Sequence record: MT135026.1 | Reading direction: 5' to 3' (one strand) | DNA: 64,000 bases | Part shown: positions 12,088 to 22,097 of the stretch, piece by piece | Layout: every line of letters starts with the position of its first letter | Position numbering within the stretch: position 1 is the stretch's first letter | Made by a program: the position numbers and the translations under genes | Notes under the pieces: generated by a model | What the model saw: the letters and a program-made list of their open reading frames with translations, nothing else | Told to the model about the DNA's origin: nothing | Databases searched by the model: none

Positions 12088-13622
12088 TTAACTCGTCTCC
12101 AAATATAAACGGGATAGAATGGCATCATGTTTTCATGAGCTTGACCGCCACCTACCGGTGATGTGTAATACATGTAATTATCTCGGTCAGTAGAACCCAT
12201 GCCTATATTATTGCGAGAGCCAGATTTACCAAATCTCCAATAATCAACGTAGCTGTATTCTTTACAGTAATACGTCACGCCATACGGGTTTCGATATGTA
12301 CCGTACTTAACACATGCAGATTTAGAACCCGAGTATGTTTCACCCCAGCTTTTGTGACTATGACTAGGCAAATGGCGCTCGTACAATGTAACTCGGTCGT
12401 CATCGCGATATGTCCCCGCCGAGAAGTAACGACGACGCACGCCATCGTCGCCCGTGCCTTGACCGATCATTGTTTGACCTGCTCTGATTCTATACCACAC
12501 GCCACCAAATACAACATTCGGGTCTACATTTTCGGTACAATGAAAAATGCTCCCGACTGGTCGACCTGCTAAGCCGATTTTAGCGTCAAGTTGATTGTTC
12601 GGGAATACTTCTCGCGTTTCTCTTACATTAACGTAATATGAGCCGCCATAGCTGTATTGCTTTTGTCTCGTAACAATATTACTGTAAATGTTGTCACATT
12701 GAAGCGTACCTGTAATCGTACCACCATCTGGACCCAGTTTATTTGCAAGTTCGTAGCCTAATGCCGCACTAGTTGCTTGAGTTGAGTCGTTTGTGAACGT
12801 AGCAGGGAGTTGAAAGAATCCGACCTTATCACTCGTAGCCAATAAATTATCAATTGTACCGGGAGTTATTGCATATTCGTTTGCATCACTTGCATTGCGA
12901 TCATAGTTGTTTTGTGTTAACTTAAACGCACCTCGCTTTGAAGTTGTTGCTGATACATGATTCAACCCTTTGACACTAATCGCGATAGAAGCATCTGATT
13001 TCAATGAATCACTCGGTGCTACTGTTCTAACGACACCGGTTGATGTCTCTGTTGCTTGCGCCCACGGGTTTGGAATTTCTTTTTTAATCAAGTTCCACGT
13101 TCGCATAGGCGAGATTATGCGTGATGGGTTGTATGCTAATGATTCAGCTAGAGTTGCAAACTGAGCAAACCCCTGAGATTCATTAGTTGTGTCATCGGCA
13201 AGTGCATTTCTAGTCGTCATCATTTCTTCAAGACGACGATATGAAAGCAAACGACTATCATCTGACGATGCATATGTTCGAGTCAAATCACTTGAACGTA
13301 ATTCAAGTAAGTTACCTAGCTGAGTATCGGTTGCTGGTGATACAAACTGATCAACACCGTCTAATGTTTCGGGTGTAAGAACAGTCAATAAATCATCAAG
13401 TGCATTAGCTTCTGCTTGAGTCGAGTACTCAACTGCACCGTCCTCAGTCGGGGTTGCATAAGGTAACGGCGGCAGTGGTAGCAATGCGCTTGGATCAATT
13501 TGCTCCAAAATACTCTGAACATCTCCTCCCGCTTCAAAAGCTGAACCGGGAGAAGTGAACGGTTGCAGGTAAACATATTTTGCCTCGTCACTCGCGTGCG
13601 TGAATATGTTTGTTCCTGACAT
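12084..13622 (-). CDS. 12: Second gp12-like short tail fibre
   Basis: Same architecture as neighbour (RPVGSIF, HSH, HENMMPFYPVYIWRRV); starts overlapping the gp11 stop. Confidence 0.85.
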   Translation of the reverse strand: MSGTNIFTHASDEAKYVYLQPFTSPGSAFEAGGDVQSILEQIDPSALLPLPPLPYATPTEDGAVEYSTQAEANALDDLLTVLTPETLDGVDQFVSPATDTQLGNLLELRSSDLTRTYASSDDSRLLSYRRLEEMMTTRNALADDTTNESQGFAQFATLAESLAYNPSRIISPMRTWNLIKKEIPNPWAQATETSTGVVRTVAPSDSLKSDASIAISVKGLNHVSATTSKRGAFKLTQNNYDRNASDANEYAITPGTIDNLLATSDKVGFFQLPATFTNDSTQATSAALGYELANKLGPDGGTITGTLQCDNIYSNIVTRQKQYSYGGSYYVNVRETREVFPNNQLDAKIGLAGRPVGSIFHCTENVDPNVVFGGVWYRIRAGQTMIGQGTGDDGVRRRYFSAGTYRDDDRVTLYERHLPSHSHKSWGETYSGSKSACVKYGTYRNPYGVTYYCKEYSYVDYWRFGKSGSRNNIGMGSTDRDNYMYYTSPVGGGQAHENMMPFYPVYIWRRVK

Positions 13623-14308
13623 TATGCAATCCTTCTGTAGTAATATACAGTATCAGTGAATGTTGTTGTATCAGTGTGATACAATTCCCATTCCCCGTAA
13701 CCTAAGCTCTTCTGACCGTCTGACGAACCCGTGACGACGCTTTTAGCTTGAATCCCAGTTGGACTACCTTCTGGGTCTAAAATGTCTTCAAACGTCGTTG
13801 AGTACGCAGGATTGTGCGGTCTAGAACTGCGGTGCTTCAATAGAAACGTGTTTGACGGTGCGACGTGATCTGTCGGAACGGTGTCAAACAGATTCGATGC
13901 GTGCAGAGCCGTGAAAACTTTTTCTGCAATGTCATTATCTGAATCGCCCACATTCAACTGCACTGAAACGCCATATAAGCTGATGTTATCAACTGCCGAA
14001 GTCCCAGTGAATGTAATTGTTTCGTTGAACTGGTTCGTGTTAAACGGGTTCGTTGCGTCTGTTGACGAGATAATAGTACCGACTGGCAAAATTGCTGCCA
14101 TTGCAAGCTGCATAATTGCAGCTTGAACGTTCGGGTCCCACGCGCCTTCCTGAATTTCGTCAATTGTTGAATCGCCTAATACCGCACCGCGGAAATTGAA
14201 GCGACCACCCGGGAATAAACCCGAGTCGTCAATTGCTGTTTGATCGAAAATCTTCATGCGCGAGTCATTGCTCCACACTCGTGACGCATGTCTTGCTTTA
14301 GTTGTCAT
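13622..14308 (-). CDS. 11: Baseplate wedge / short-fibre connector gp11
   Basis: MTTKARHASRV start coupled to gp10 stop (TAATG); GAVLGDSTI, LPVGTII motifs; order 10-11-12. Confidence 0.85.
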   Translation of the reverse strand: MTTKARHASRVWSNDSRMKIFDQTAIDDSGLFPGGRFNFRGAVLGDSTIDEIQEGAWDPNVQAAIMQLAMAAILPVGTIISSTDATNPFNTNQFNETITFTGTSAVDNISLYGVSVQLNVGDSDNDIAEKVFTALHASNLFDTVPTDHVAPSNTFLLKHRSSRPHNPAYSTTFEDILDPEGSPTGIQAKSVVTGSSDGQKSLGYGEWELYHTDTTTFTDTVYYYRRIA

Positions 14309-16554
14309 TATGCAGTCCTTAACCAAGTGTATGCAGTGATGTATGGCTGAGTTACGTCAACTGCTTGTGCGATTTGACCGTGGTTGACTTTGATTGGCTC
14401 TTCTTTGTAGTAAGCTAGAGGAACTGTGTTCTCTGGGTCACCAAGACAGCCGTTCAAGTTAATGTCACCACCCGATGTTGCTGAACGCGCAACTAAGCTA
14501 TATTGCTCGTTGACATTTCCAATGTCGCGTTCACCTTCACTGTTGTAGTCAGGGTTTGTTGTACTTATTAGCTCAGGGATGTTCTCTTTAGTAAGAGTCA
14601 CACCAACCGAACCGCCTGTACCACCTGCTTGAACAATGTTTTCGTTGTTATTGTTTCGATGGAATTTCCCATCATCATTTGGGTTCCATCCCACGATTGT
14701 ACGACCTGGCGCATAGCGAACCCAAGTACCGAATCCCATGTAATCGGCGGGGTTGTTCGGGTTGTTTGCATTCGTATACACTGAGCCAATCGGGAAGATA
14801 CTTTCAAATAACGAAACTAGCGTTCCGCCCGGTGCAAATGTCTCTGGGTCCGGTAGAACTTCAGTAACAGCCGCAGACGGGTTTTGTGGATCAGTGTAAA
14901 TGATCTTGTTGAATCGACGAACGTCTGCCCAGTCGTCACGAGAAACGAAAATCTCACGTGTACGCTCTTGCAAGTTGTCATCGCCTTCATCCCACGTCAA
15001 AAGCGTTCCGATTACGTTATCGTACCATCTGACTGTGATTACATCACTATCAGCTAATGCTTCTGCAAACACGATTGTATTCCAGCGCCCTTCAGTATCT
15101 TGAATGTAGTCATAATCATAATCACCGCCGTTCTGACTGTCACCATTACCCGCAGTGTTTGATTTTGTCAACTGAGTACCGTTCAGGAGAACTTCAAGAG
15201 TTTCTGTATTGAACTGAGTATATTCAGGAAGACCAAAATCTGATAGTGTAACTTGCATTCCCGGTACGAAATCTTTTTTAACAACCGCTCCCGGTGATTC
15301 TTGAACGCCATAGTTATTTTCATCAATCACTTTGATTGACTTCAGAACATAACTGCTACGGAAGCTTGATACGTCACTCAAATAAGTGACCATTGCGACC
15401 GGGTCTGCTTCATTTGCAGGCAATCGAAGACGAATTGTACGCCCATCAAGTGGTGCTAAGTCGTCATTTGTCAATTGCTTCCAGCGATTATCAGTAGTTA
15501 AGTCAGTTGTACCCGCCGCTGATGTGTGTGAAATCAAGCATTCAAATGTTTGAACAAAACCGCCTACAACTTGAGTAACCACATCACCCACTGAATATGC
15601 AGTTGAACCTGCATGTGGTTGATAATCAGGGAAATCTGCAAATTCCGCCCAGTTGTTCTCTTCCCACGTACCGATGCTGTTGTGTTCAACAATACACTGC
15701 CATACTCGGTCATCACGACCTGTAACCACGTCACCGCGAACTAAGTCACCTACGTAATACGTTTCAGGGTTATTAGCAACCCACGGTTCGACTGTGTGAA
15801 GCGGAACTGAGCCGTAGTCACTGAAGTCATTCAGGTCGTTTCCGAAGTACAGCAAGTTACCGCGGCGATATACTTCAACCGCAGCTTGGTTGTACACGCC
15901 ACCATTCAATTCAAGTGACACGTTGAAATCACGCTGATCTTGACGTGCAATAATTGCACGACGTAATACGCTCGGAACATCGCCAAATGTCAGCCCGTTT
16001 ACGTATTTCTGAGCAACATATTCCCAATGGCGGGGTGGCGTAAACACTAGCTCAAGATCTTGATATGCGTTGCTGAATTCCGCACCTGAGCCTAGTTCGT
16101 TCTGAGTTGAACCTGCAACACGTTTGATTGAGTCTTTCGAATCTGGGTATATTGTTACAAGCTGTTTGTCCCATGTACCCTTAACATCACGAACGCGAAT
16201 CGCTTTACCGTAGTCTGCTTCTTCAACACCACTTGGGAGATACACATCGACTGCACCAAGCGACGTATCGACTGTCCATGACTCGCCGAAATTCGTATGT
16301 AGTTCAGGACCCTGACCATCGCCGTTCTCGTCGAAATACAGTTCAGCGTTAGCAGGGTTGTACGATGTATCACCGTTTAGATATGTAGAAGCAAATTTCC
16401 AATTGCGCCAAGCACCGGCAGCATAGAGTCTGCTACCGTCGCCTAAGTGACTGTATATTTCGTCGAAATTGTCACGGGTCTTAATGCCACCTTGTCGTAG
16501 GTAATCACCAGTACCGTCATCAACAATTTGCCCGACGTTGATCGTCTGTTTCAT
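14308..16554 (-). CDS. 10: Baseplate wedge tail pin gp10
   Basis: MKQTINVGQIVDDGTGDYLRQGG; IFPIGSVYTNANNPNNPADYMGFGTW; QPYITAYTWLRTA. Confidence 0.95.
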   Translation of the reverse strand: MKQTINVGQIVDDGTGDYLRQGGIKTRDNFDEIYSHLGDGSRLYAAGAWRNWKFASTYLNGDTSYNPANAELYFDENGDGQGPELHTNFGESWTVDTSLGAVDVYLPSGVEEADYGKAIRVRDVKGTWDKQLVTIYPDSKDSIKRVAGSTQNELGSGAEFSNAYQDLELVFTPPRHWEYVAQKYVNGLTFGDVPSVLRRAIIARQDQRDFNVSLELNGGVYNQAAVEVYRRGNLLYFGNDLNDFSDYGSVPLHTVEPWVANNPETYYVGDLVRGDVVTGRDDRVWQCIVEHNSIGTWEENNWAEFADFPDYQPHAGSTAYSVGDVVTQVVGGFVQTFECLISHTSAAGTTDLTTDNRWKQLTNDDLAPLDGRTIRLRLPANEADPVAMVTYLSDVSSFRSSYVLKSIKVIDENNYGVQESPGAVVKKDFVPGMQVTLSDFGLPEYTQFNTETLEVLLNGTQLTKSNTAGNGDSQNGGDYDYDYIQDTEGRWNTIVFAEALADSDVITVRWYDNVIGTLLTWDEGDDNLQERTREIFVSRDDWADVRRFNKIIYTDPQNPSAAVTEVLPDPETFAPGGTLVSLFESIFPIGSVYTNANNPNNPADYMGFGTWVRYAPGRTIVGWNPNDDGKFHRNNNNENIVQAGGTGGSVGVTLTKENIPELISTTNPDYNSEGERDIGNVNEQYSLVARSATSGGDINLNGCLGDPENTVPLAYYKEEPIKVNHGQIAQAVDVTQPYITAYTWLRTA

Positions 16555-16563
16555 TATTGTCCC

Positions 16564-17520
16564 TTACGATAGTCTGATTGTTTCGATAGATTTGATTGAG
16601 ATTGACACGTTATCGTCATTTGATGTAATATCGAGAACGATTGTTCCGTTATCAACTCGCGGTTCAATCAGAACCAAGTTACCGAAATCTTTGTCTGTAT
16701 TGATTACTGAGTATTCATCAATATAAACGTCTGTTACATTATTTAGCAGCAACAATTCTGATGACATACGACGAGTAACCGCACCACCTTGAGCGGGGTC
16801 GCTGTTTTCTGCGTAAACCATCAACTTACACGCAGCATAAGATAAAGTATCAAATAGCGGCATTGTGACTGTCACTGTCTCTGGGATTGTGTAAATCGTG
16901 TCGTTAACCGGCGCACCGAAGTCACCTAAAATTGGGATGATTTTAATACCCCACTGAGGTGTGCCTGCTAGACCAGTACCATCATCAATTACTGTACAGA
17001 TTATGTGGCAGTAATTGTTACGAACGATTTGTGTGCCGTTGAGTTCAGTCGCACCAACAATTGCATCACCTGCTGATGGTGAGATAACAATCGGGTTTGT
17101 GTCTAGAGTCGCAGTCGTGTTTTGAAATTCGATTCTCTCACCGCGCTTTGCCATACCCGCTGTTGTACCGATTTTCGGCAAGTTTAATGTCATTGATGCG
17201 CCACCACCTAGTGCTGACGTGTCAATGTCATACTTACCACCAGTAATGATTGATGTTAGCAAGTTAGTGTTGTTCGGACCACCTGAACCACCCGCAGTTG
17301 AGCTTGGCGGAATTCTCTGCCAATAGCCACCTGCAAAAGGGCGTGGCGACGTATCATTGTAAGCAGGGATATAGTTTTCACCTGCTTCAGTTAGTTCAAA
17401 GTCTGCGTTAATGTGGTAGAACTCGTCAGAGTTGTCACGCAGCTTATTACCACCGTTGTGAATTGTATCACCAGTACCAACCGAACCCGCAGTACCAGTT
17501 TCTAATCTTTGTCGTCCCAT
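16564..17520 (-). CDS. 9: Long tail fibre connector gp9
   Basis: GTGDTIHNGGNKL N-terminus; ATG 17520 with GGAGA SD; order 8-9-10. Confidence 0.88.
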   Translation of the reverse strand: MGRQRLETGTAGSVGTGDTIHNGGNKLRDNSDEFYHINADFELTEAGENYIPAYNDTSPRPFAGGYWQRIPPSSTAGGSGGPNNTNLLTSIITGGKYDIDTSALGGGASMTLNLPKIGTTAGMAKRGERIEFQNTTATLDTNPIVISPSAGDAIVGATELNGTQIVRNNYCHIICTVIDDGTGLAGTPQWGIKIIPILGDFGAPVNDTIYTIPETVTVTMPLFDTLSYAACKLMVYAENSDPAQGGAVTRRMSSELLLLNNVTDVYIDEYSVINTDKDFGNLVLIEPRVDNGTIVLDITSNDDNVSISIKSIETIRLS

Positions 17521-17575
17521 CTTAATCTCCAAGAAAGGCGCGTGTTCGCGCCTAATGAGTTGTTTACTTTATTTA

Positions 17576-18607
17576 TTAGAAGTTGTAGATCAAGTTGAAC
17601 TCTTCTACTTGGTCAAGTGTTTTACGAATCGGCTGGCGATTTTCCATGTAAATTATCTGACCAGTCCCTGCTTGAATCTCGTGTGGGTCATAACGTGTTT
17701 CAGTCGCTTTCGTATCCGACGTTGCGCCTTCTTCTCGAACTAGCAACGGGTTTTGAACTAGCGAAATCTGGCGATAGCCCTGATTACCGGGACCAAACAA
17801 GTGAATGAAGTCTGCACCTGCTAGTTTAGCTCGAAAACGCAACTGCACTGCGCCTACACTGTAAATCGTCTCATCGTAGTTTTCATTGAAAACGATGTTC
17901 TGATCTAGACCCCATGCAACACGATCAGCGATAATGTCTTCAGGGAACGGGCAAACGATGTATTCTTGAGTTACGTTCGTAAGAACTTCACTCGGTGGAA
18001 TCGTGTAAAGATATTCCCATACATACCCATCACCTGTTTCGATAGCATTCCCTGTGCCGTGTGGGATGTTTTCTTGGTTACCTGGTGATGATGGTGCATT
18101 CCATTCCCCACCGACTGCTACACAGTCATTTTTGTTCGTTACTGTCGCAATCGAACACGTACCGCGAATGTTTGTGTTATTCGGGTCTGTTTCTGGGATG
18201 TCGATACAACGATAAACCATGTAACCGTTCAATGCACTTGGGTGACTATTGATCGGCATAGTGTTAACTGTTACAATATCACCGAATGTGAATCGAAGCG
18301 AGTTATTCAAATCAGGGTCGCCCCAGTCCTTACGAGGAAGAACAGGGCGAAGCTGTGATTTTGGAATCTTGATCAGACCGAGCGCACGCGCCCAAACGTC
18401 GGCTTTTCCGTCTGGGCTATCGTTCGGGTAAGGTGGCGCGAAGTTTATTTCATCTTCGCGGTCTGACCAAGGCTCATTACGACCGAACATAAGGTAAATT
18501 GTGTTCTTGTCGTCTTCATCACCTACGTTTTCGTAGAAGTTCATCAAGTTGTTAACTCGATATTCTGTTGTGATTGTTGATCTGTAAATTTTTGCCACTT
18601 TATTCAC
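17576..18607 (-). CDS. 8: Baseplate wedge gp8
   Basis: IYRSTITTEYRVNNLMNFY, FGRNEPW, PPYP, GDGYVWEYLYTIPP; alternative GTG start at 18598. Confidence 0.95.
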   Translation of the reverse strand: MNKVAKIYRSTITTEYRVNNLMNFYENVGDEDDKNTIYLMFGRNEPWSDREDEINFAPPYPNDSPDGKADVWARALGLIKIPKSQLRPVLPRKDWGDPDLNNSLRFTFGDIVTVNTMPINSHPSALNGYMVYRCIDIPETDPNNTNIRGTCSIATVTNKNDCVAVGGEWNAPSSPGNQENIPHGTGNAIETGDGYVWEYLYTIPPSEVLTNVTQEYIVCPFPEDIIADRVAWGLDQNIVFNENYDETIYSVGAVQLRFRAKLAGADFIHLFGPGNQGYRQISLVQNPLLVREEGATSDTKATETRYDPHEIQAGTGQIIYMENRQPIRKTLDQVEEFNLIYNF

Positions 18608-21600
18608 CTATTTGTTTTTGAGTCGGCGTTTCTGGGTCGTATGGGTTACCTACGTTGTCTTTCAGTCTGTAGTCAGTATCTTCGTACATATCTGAAATAC
18701 TCGTTGCCCCTGTCGACCAGTCAAACATGAATGCAGGCGCACGTTCGTACGGCGTCATCCCCCATTGTTCTGAGTTGTTCGCGTCTGCGGGTTGAATTTT
18801 CGCAGTTGGGTTGTAATTCGGGTTAAGCACGCGCTGTTTCCCTCCCCAAATGTCGTTAATGTCGCCCGTATCTGTCTCTATATATCGTTGCTCATCAATC
18901 GCAGCCGATTCGTCAAGAGCGATTACGCGATCATTACGCCAGTAGTCGTTGTATTCTGTGATTGTCACGCCTTGCGTGTTCAGAATACGATCATGAATCA
19001 CATGGTCTAACGGATTTTCAAGAGCTAATGGATGCGGCTTCACTTGAAGCTCACCGAACGAGTTGTAAACACGCTCTTCATACATGTCAAGTAATGACGT
19101 TTCTTCTGTGAAGTTTAGACCGATACCATTGTCGTATCTAATCAAACGATACGAATCAACGATTGTTTCATGGTGCTCTACTGAGATACCATGATTGATC
19201 AGTACGGTTAGTAGCGTAATACCCAAAAACCCAAATCCAATTGGATGCACAAATCGAATTACATCATCTTTGTACTGACTCAATTGCATTTCAGAACGCA
19301 ATTTCATCACGTAGTATGACTTGCTTCGATCTAAGAACTCGTTTGAGTCGTAGTCGATTCGTTCACCTTGTACGCGAGTGATCGCGGTAGCGGTAAAATC
19401 CAGACCGTCAATTGACAAAACATCACCGATGTTCAATTCACCGATTAAGTTGTTCAACGTCAATTTCCAGTAACGTTTACCCTCAATGTAATGTCTAGAG
19501 ATATACGTAACATCCGCATTGCCTGTACCTGAGTAGATACGTCGACCGACAATATCATCTGTTACATCATTTGAATTCACCACAATTGCATACTCGAATG
19601 TGTTAAGCGATTCAATCTCAACTTCAACATCTTCGTTGTACAGTAACTTGAACAGAAACTTGTATGAGTCCAAAATACCCTTCGTGCTGTAAAAGTCTGC
19701 TCTGCGTGCTAAGAAGAACTTAACAACTGCGTCGCGCTTCTCTGGCTCTAAGATACGATTTCGCTCATATACAAGCTTGTGCAAGTATTCAGTATAATGA
19801 TCGTCTAACGGGTTTTTGCTGTTCAACAAGTTGTACACGTTATTATACGCTGTCCCGTCACCTTTACTGATGAAATCTAAATAGTGCTTCGCGAATTGTT
19901 TGTAAAATCCGTCTGCATCTAAGTAATTTTCTGGCATCATTTTGTAAATCAGTGGCGTCAACGTAGGATCGAGCATAGTCGTTGGATCTTCTGCTGGCGG
20001 CTCGATGATTACAGGTGTGTAATTTGACAGACTAGCAGTTATCACACGACGCTCTGGCGACCAACGAATCGGTGCGGTGATGTCAACGCGATAAGGGAAC
20101 TTGTAGTAACCAATCACTTTGTTATCATTCTTTGAGTGAATGATTGCACCTGCCGCATACCCATTGAAACCGAAAATAGATAAGTTCGGTGCTTCAAATG
20201 TGTATTCGCCTTCGTTAAACGTTTCTTTCCAACGAACATCATCAAGATCAGCAAAATCATGGCGGAAGATGGACTCTTTCTTGTAGTACATGATTTCGTT
20301 TGCCCACGATTTCCAATCTCGCGTTTCTGCACGCTGCATCCAGTTAAAGTGCGCTGAACCGTAGTAATCTTGTGGCTTATAATCCCACGTATTCCCGTCT
20401 TTCGTTGCGATAATCTGAGTCATCGGCTTAACATAAGTCGTAAAGAACGGCTTAGTAAACATGCGAACTGCTTCGTCAACTTCATCGTTGTCTGCAACTA
20501 GGTACGGGTCATCGACTGTGCCGTAATTGCTACCGAGAGTTGAGTGATAGTTGCCAGGCGCGCCGCTAGATTCTTGACGATTATCATAAGCAGGGTTGCC
20601 TTCTTCACCATAGTTCTTTGTCAAGTCATGCCCAACGATTAGATGAGTGTTATCGCGAGAAATAACCGAACGTTCGTTTAGCAGCAAACGCTCTTCAGCA
20701 ATATTACCGTATACGCGCTCCCAAGATAGACCTGAATAGCCTACAACGATGTCGCCGTTCATGATAGCGGTGCGATTCAGACGATATACGCCGCGAATCT
20801 CATTTGGATCAGAAGTTCCGATTCGTTTGCCGTTACTATCATGCTCCCACTCACCTATAACCAGCGCATACATGTGACCATCTTGATAATCAAGACCTTG
20901 CTCAGGATCATCAAAGTACTGAATCTTTTTCACGCAAACATCGGCAGTATTTTCGTCGAAATCTGGGCGACTAATATCGTTCTGAACAATACGAGCTTCG
21001 AAATAGACCGGCTCATTGTCAAGCTCACCTACTGTTTCGAAAATACGTTCACCGTATAGGTCAGATTGAACGTTGTCGAAAATACGCGGGATTCTATTGT
21101 TGTGCCATACGTATGTGTTTCCGTATGTTACAACGGTCATTACATCATCAACCCCGAACGCATCTGCTTTATGACGCACTTGTGGTGGTAAAATAGCAAG
21201 ATCTTTGAAACGCTCAACATCAAAACCAAAACCCAAGTCAAAGTCTAGTTTATCGAACGTAAGATCAACCGAAGCGTGTGAGTATTCCAGTCCGTTATCA
21301 TGCGAGTAATCAACGTCAGTAGACGAAACGCCCTGAATAAGGTAATCGTACCCTAGAAGATAACTAAACGTGTTAGACTGCTTACAGATACAGTCGTACA
21401 CAGGGCTACCTAGACGCGAGTTGGTTGCCTTGTATGTCTGCCATGTTTTCCCACCGTCGTTTGATACTTTACAAACTTGTTGCCAACGCTCGAATGCATA
21501 TATCACATCGTCGATCACCGACGGGATCACTCGACTATTGCTCTGACAAACTGACGGCACTTTCCCGTAATTTGCGCTAAATCCTGGGTTAGTAACGAAC

Positions 21601-22097
21601 CAATACGCGGCTGAATCAGCATTGAACATATTTGGGTCAAATTCAAACCCTGGTCTTACTAAGGTTGCTTGCAACTGGTTACGGCTGTTAAGATACTGAT
21701 CGTTATCGTTGTTAAGACGCGCTTCTATAAATGAACTAGCAGGCGTGAATTCGTCTTGCGTGACAATATCGTAATCGTTTGTTTCAGACGTGTAACCGAT
21801 GTCTGACTGAATCCATTCACTCGGATTAAATCCTTGATAAACTGAACGAATGCGCCACTGATAGTAGCGCACTGATTCGTTAATGTTTGTAAACAGACGT
21901 GTTTCAGCCGTGAACGGGTTTGGGTATAACGGCGCGAAAGGCTGCGTTAAAAGCAGTTCAGCACTGACCGCCGAGCGCACGTGAATTTCATAACGGAAAT
22001 TCTCACCCACGGTTGTCCACGAAAGTTCAGCATAGTTTCGTGTCAATTTGTTAATCGACACTTCCATAATTGGCGGTGCCTGTAATACATTTGCCAT
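18600..22097 (-). CDS. 7: Baseplate wedge initiator gp7
   Basis: 1165 aa; FYSTKGILDSYKFLFKLLYNEDVE, RFVHPIGFGFLG. Confidence 0.95.
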   Translation of the reverse strand: MANVLQAPPIMEVSINKLTRNYAELSWTTVGENFRYEIHVRSAVSAELLLTQPFAPLYPNPFTAETRLFTNINESVRYYQWRIRSVYQGFNPSEWIQSDIGYTSETNDYDIVTQDEFTPASSFIEARLNNDNDQYLNSRNQLQATLVRPGFEFDPNMFNADSAAYWFVTNPGFSANYGKVPSVCQSNSRVIPSVIDDVIYAFERWQQVCKVSNDGGKTWQTYKATNSRLGSPVYDCICKQSNTFSYLLGYDYLIQGVSSTDVDYSHDNGLEYSHASVDLTFDKLDFDLGFGFDVERFKDLAILPPQVRHKADAFGVDDVMTVVTYGNTYVWHNNRIPRIFDNVQSDLYGERIFETVGELDNEPVYFEARIVQNDISRPDFDENTADVCVKKIQYFDDPEQGLDYQDGHMYALVIGEWEHDSNGKRIGTSDPNEIRGVYRLNRTAIMNGDIVVGYSGLSWERVYGNIAEERLLLNERSVISRDNTHLIVGHDLTKNYGEEGNPAYDNRQESSGAPGNYHSTLGSNYGTVDDPYLVADNDEVDEAVRMFTKPFFTTYVKPMTQIIATKDGNTWDYKPQDYYGSAHFNWMQRAETRDWKSWANEIMYYKKESIFRHDFADLDDVRWKETFNEGEYTFEAPNLSIFGFNGYAAGAIIHSKNDNKVIGYYKFPYRVDITAPIRWSPERRVITASLSNYTPVIIEPPAEDPTTMLDPTLTPLIYKMMPENYLDADGFYKQFAKHYLDFISKGDGTAYNNVYNLLNSKNPLDDHYTEYLHKLVYERNRILEPEKRDAVVKFFLARRADFYSTKGILDSYKFLFKLLYNEDVEVEIESLNTFEYAIVVNSNDVTDDIVGRRIYSGTGNADVTYISRHYIEGKRYWKLTLNNLIGELNIGDVLSIDGLDFTATAITRVQGERIDYDSNEFLDRSKSYYVMKLRSEMQLSQYKDDVIRFVHPIGFGFLGITLLTVLINHGISVEHHETIVDSYRLIRYDNGIGLNFTEETSLLDMYEERVYNSFGELQVKPHPLALENPLDHVIHDRILNTQGVTITEYNDYWRNDRVIALDESAAIDEQRYIETDTGDINDIWGGKQRVLNPNYNPTAKIQPADANNSEQWGMTPYERAPAFMFDWSTGATSISDMYEDTDYRLKDNVGNPYDPETPTQKQIGE

